This document shows, one piece after another, positions 62,362-64,000 of a stretch of 64,000 nucleotides of DNA. The notes under the pieces were generated by a model. It searched no databases, was not told the origin of the DNA, and saw only the letters and a list, made by a program, of their open reading frames with translations. Origin of the DNA: a virus (lineage: Duplodnaviria > Heunggongvirae > Uroviricota > Caudoviricetes). Where the stretch lies: IMG/VR virus record IMGVR_UViG_3300042514_001345. One strand, 5' to 3'. Every line of letters begins with the position of its first letter. Positions within the stretch are counted from its first letter, which is position 1. Both the position numbers and the translations under genes were made by a program.

Positions 62362-63597
62362 ATGGGAATACCAAAAAGAAAAAACGACATACAAATCTAC
62401 AAAGGTAAAGAATTGACCGGTAGAAGACAGGAATTGTTAGATAAAATAACAAAGTCGGATACGTATTTACCTGACTCTATTCTACATGACGATTTAGATA
62501 TGGGTATGTTAGATTTTGTTAACACTAATTTTAAAGTTATTAGTGACGGTAAACCTATTCCAATTATTCCAAAAATTTTAACGATACAAAGATGGGCTCA
62601 GGTAATGAATACTTGGGAGTTTTCCGACGATGACGGTAATATGAAAATACCATTTATGGGTATCATAAGAAGACCTGATGTACAACCGGGAACAAATCCA
62701 TCAATACAAAGAACAATCCCAGAAAGATTACCTTTCCATTACGCAACAGTTGCTACTTGGAACGGCACACAAATGGGTGCAGACGTTTATAAGATACCAC
62801 AGCCGGTCGCAGTGGACATTACATATGAGGTTACCATTATTTGTAACAAAATACGTGAACTAAACAGATTCAATAAAATTGTAATGCAAAAATTTGCATC
62901 TAGACAAGCGTATACAACGGTAAAAGGTCATTACATACCTATTTTACTAGATAAGGTTGAGGATAACTCTCCGATTGAACAAATTGATAATCGTAGATTT
63001 TACTCGCAAAATTATCAATTTACTTTGTTAGGTTTATTAATTGACTCTGAAGAATTTGAGGTTAAGCCGGCCATTAGTAGAATGTTTCTATTAAATGAAT
63101 TCATTGCAGGATCTAATTATCAAAAGAAATATATTAATAAAACAATAGAATTGACCGTTGTAACTTTCCCAGGGGATGGTTTGCAAAAACAATTTAGCGT
63201 TGGTGAGAGTATTGGTATTCTATTTAATGTTTCAATAAACGGTCTTTTACAAGAAAGAGATGTAGATTATTTCCATATCGCCGGAACATCTAAAATAACA
63301 TTTGTAGATGCTCCGTTTGAAAATAGTTTAATTGCAATAACATATTATAAAGGTAAAAATAGTGTATTCATAGATAGCTACGGTAAACCAATTCAAGTTT
63401 CCACAGAATATTACACTTACGATGGTTCAACCCTTGTTTTCGAATTATTGAATAATATTGACAGCATTGTTAGTTTAGATATTAACGGTCTTTTGGAAGA
63501 AGAGGGTGGCGGATTTGATATTAGTTCATCAAATGAAATAACTCTCAATTATTCCCCTGTGATTAATTCAAAAATTGGTGTGACATATCTACACTAA
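62362..63597 (+). CDS. hypothetical protein (tail-associated?)
   Basis: 411-aa ORF. Confidence 0.4.
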   Translation: MGIPKRKNDIQIYKGKELTGRRQELLDKITKSDTYLPDSILHDDLDMGMLDFVNTNFKVISDGKPIPIIPKILTIQRWAQVMNTWEFSDDDGNMKIPFMGIIRRPDVQPGTNPSIQRTIPERLPFHYATVATWNGTQMGADVYKIPQPVAVDITYEVTIICNKIRELNRFNKIVMQKFASRQAYTTVKGHYIPILLDKVEDNSPIEQIDNRRFYSQNYQFTLLGLLIDSEEFEVKPAISRMFLLNEFIAGSNYQKKYINKTIELTVVTFPGDGLQKQFSVGESIGILFNVSINGLLQERDVDYFHIAGTSKITFVDAPFENSLIAITYYKGKNSVFIDSYGKPIQVSTEYYTYDGSTLVFELLNNIDSIVSLDINGLLEEEGGGFDISSSNEITLNYSPVINSKIGVTYLH

Positions 63598-63752
63598 GAT
63601 TCTCCGTAAATGTCCCTTTTTTTAGGTTTACAGGTTTCTTCTATTAATTTTTCTAAAAGTTTATAAATTTTTAATCCGTGTTTATCACAGTGGGTTTTAA
63701 CCATTTCGTGATGTTTATCACTTATTTTGACGTTTTTGGTTGTTGTTTTCAT
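63594..63752 (-). CDS. small ribbon-helix-helix-like protein (52 aa), absent from the ORF track
   Basis: Reverse-complement translation gives MKTTTKNVKISDKHHEMVKTHCDKHGLKIYKLLEKLIEETCKPKKRDIYGES. The vkIsdelhe.l...a.k.g.s...l...li.e pattern is RHH-like. The ORF is short, so this call is tentative. Confidence 0.3.
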   Translation of the reverse strand: MKTTTKNVKISDKHHEMVKTHCDKHGLKIYKLLEKLIEETCKPKKRDIYGES

Positions 63753-63803
63753 ATCTAAAGATAAATAACGATAAAAAAGGATAAAATACTATCTAAGTAG
63801 TCA

Positions 63804-63835
63804 AAATCTTGGAAATCTTTGCTAAAAACAAAGAT
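63804..63835. promoter_or_regulatory. direct and inverted repeats (candidate operator) in the divergent region between the RHH-like ORF and the sheath gene
   Basis: AAATCTT occurs twice (63804 and 63813). ATCTTTG-ctaaaaa-CAAAGAT forms a 7-bp inverted repeat at 63815-63835. Confidence 0.3.
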
Positions 63836-63878
63836 ATTTATTTGATAAGAATAAAATAACTTAACCAAACATTTATCA

Positions 63879-64000
63879 ATGGCAAATTCAAACAGAGTTT
63901 TCGTTTCTCCGGGGGTCTACACTTCAGAGAAAGATTTAACATTCGTAGCGCAAAGTGTAGGGGTAACAACATTGGGTTTAGTAGGTGAAACTTTAAAAGG
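63879..64000 (+). CDS. tail sheath protein, 5-prime end only (continues beyond the window)
   Basis: MANSNRVFVSPGVYTSEKDLTFVAQSVGVTTLGLVGETLK matches the conserved contractile-sheath N-terminus (vyVSPGVYt.E.D.S.......G.). Confidence 0.55.
   Translation, partial: MANSNRVFVSPGVYTSEKDLTFVAQSVGVTTLGLVGETLK

Noticed and set aside
1-64000. Possibility that the AT-rich, Pro/Thr-linker-rich, glycosylation-gene-rich element is a giant eukaryotic virus (NCLDV) fragment
   Set aside because: It encodes a terminase, a portal, an HK97-fold gp23-like capsid protein, a gp21 protease, a gp55-type sigma factor, a lipobox lipoprotein and bacterial-type rho-independent terminators. These are hallmarks of a tailed bacteriophage, not of NCLDV, which use a double-jelly-roll capsid protein and an A32 packaging ATPase.

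Overview
This AT-rich 64 kb window is a densely packed double-stranded DNA phage genome segment. Most of it is open reading frame, arranged in long co-directional blocks separated by short intergenic gaps. Its structural and replication core is recognisably T4-like, although distant. Bases 20100-28939 encode, in order, a large terminase subunit, a portal, a gp21-like prohead protease (the motifs ELNHP, WW and GISSRGVGSL align with T4 gp21), an acidic scaffold and a gp23-like major capsid protein. The capsid protein shares three long collinear blocks with T4 gp23. The minus strand carries a family B DNA polymerase, an SNF2 helicase, PhoH, dUTPase, a gp55-like late sigma factor, a baseplate-spike/tape-measure-like block and several glycosyltransferases. 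The 5-prime 8 kb is a nucleotide-sugar cassette: a split HldE-like heptose kinase and adenylyltransferase, a cupin protein, an RmlC-like 3,5-epimerase, an SDR epimerase/dehydratase and three tandem SGNH-like paralogs. Other notable genes are a ribosomal protein bS21 embedded antisense in the head module, an Rnl1-like RNA ligase with a Pnk kinase-domain, an SPFH protein, a ClpA/C-like unfoldase lacking an N-domain but carrying an IGF loop, and a pterin-4a-carbinolamine dehydratase next to a flavodoxin-like reductase. The window ends with a fiber/adhesin module (47.5-55 kb) built on Pro/Thr-rich linkers and containing an S1-type serine protease domain and a LamG lectin domain. An exact 8-mer, TATTTATA, recurs on the coding strand 3-60 nt upstream of at least 13 start codons on both strands. 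It is a candidate late-promoter element, consistent with the encoded gp55-like sigma factor. No rRNA, tRNA, CRISPR array or transposase could be supported. The accompanying ORF track uses alternative start codons (GTG/TTG) and a 60-aa minimum length, so a few features listed here are adjusted from it or added to it.
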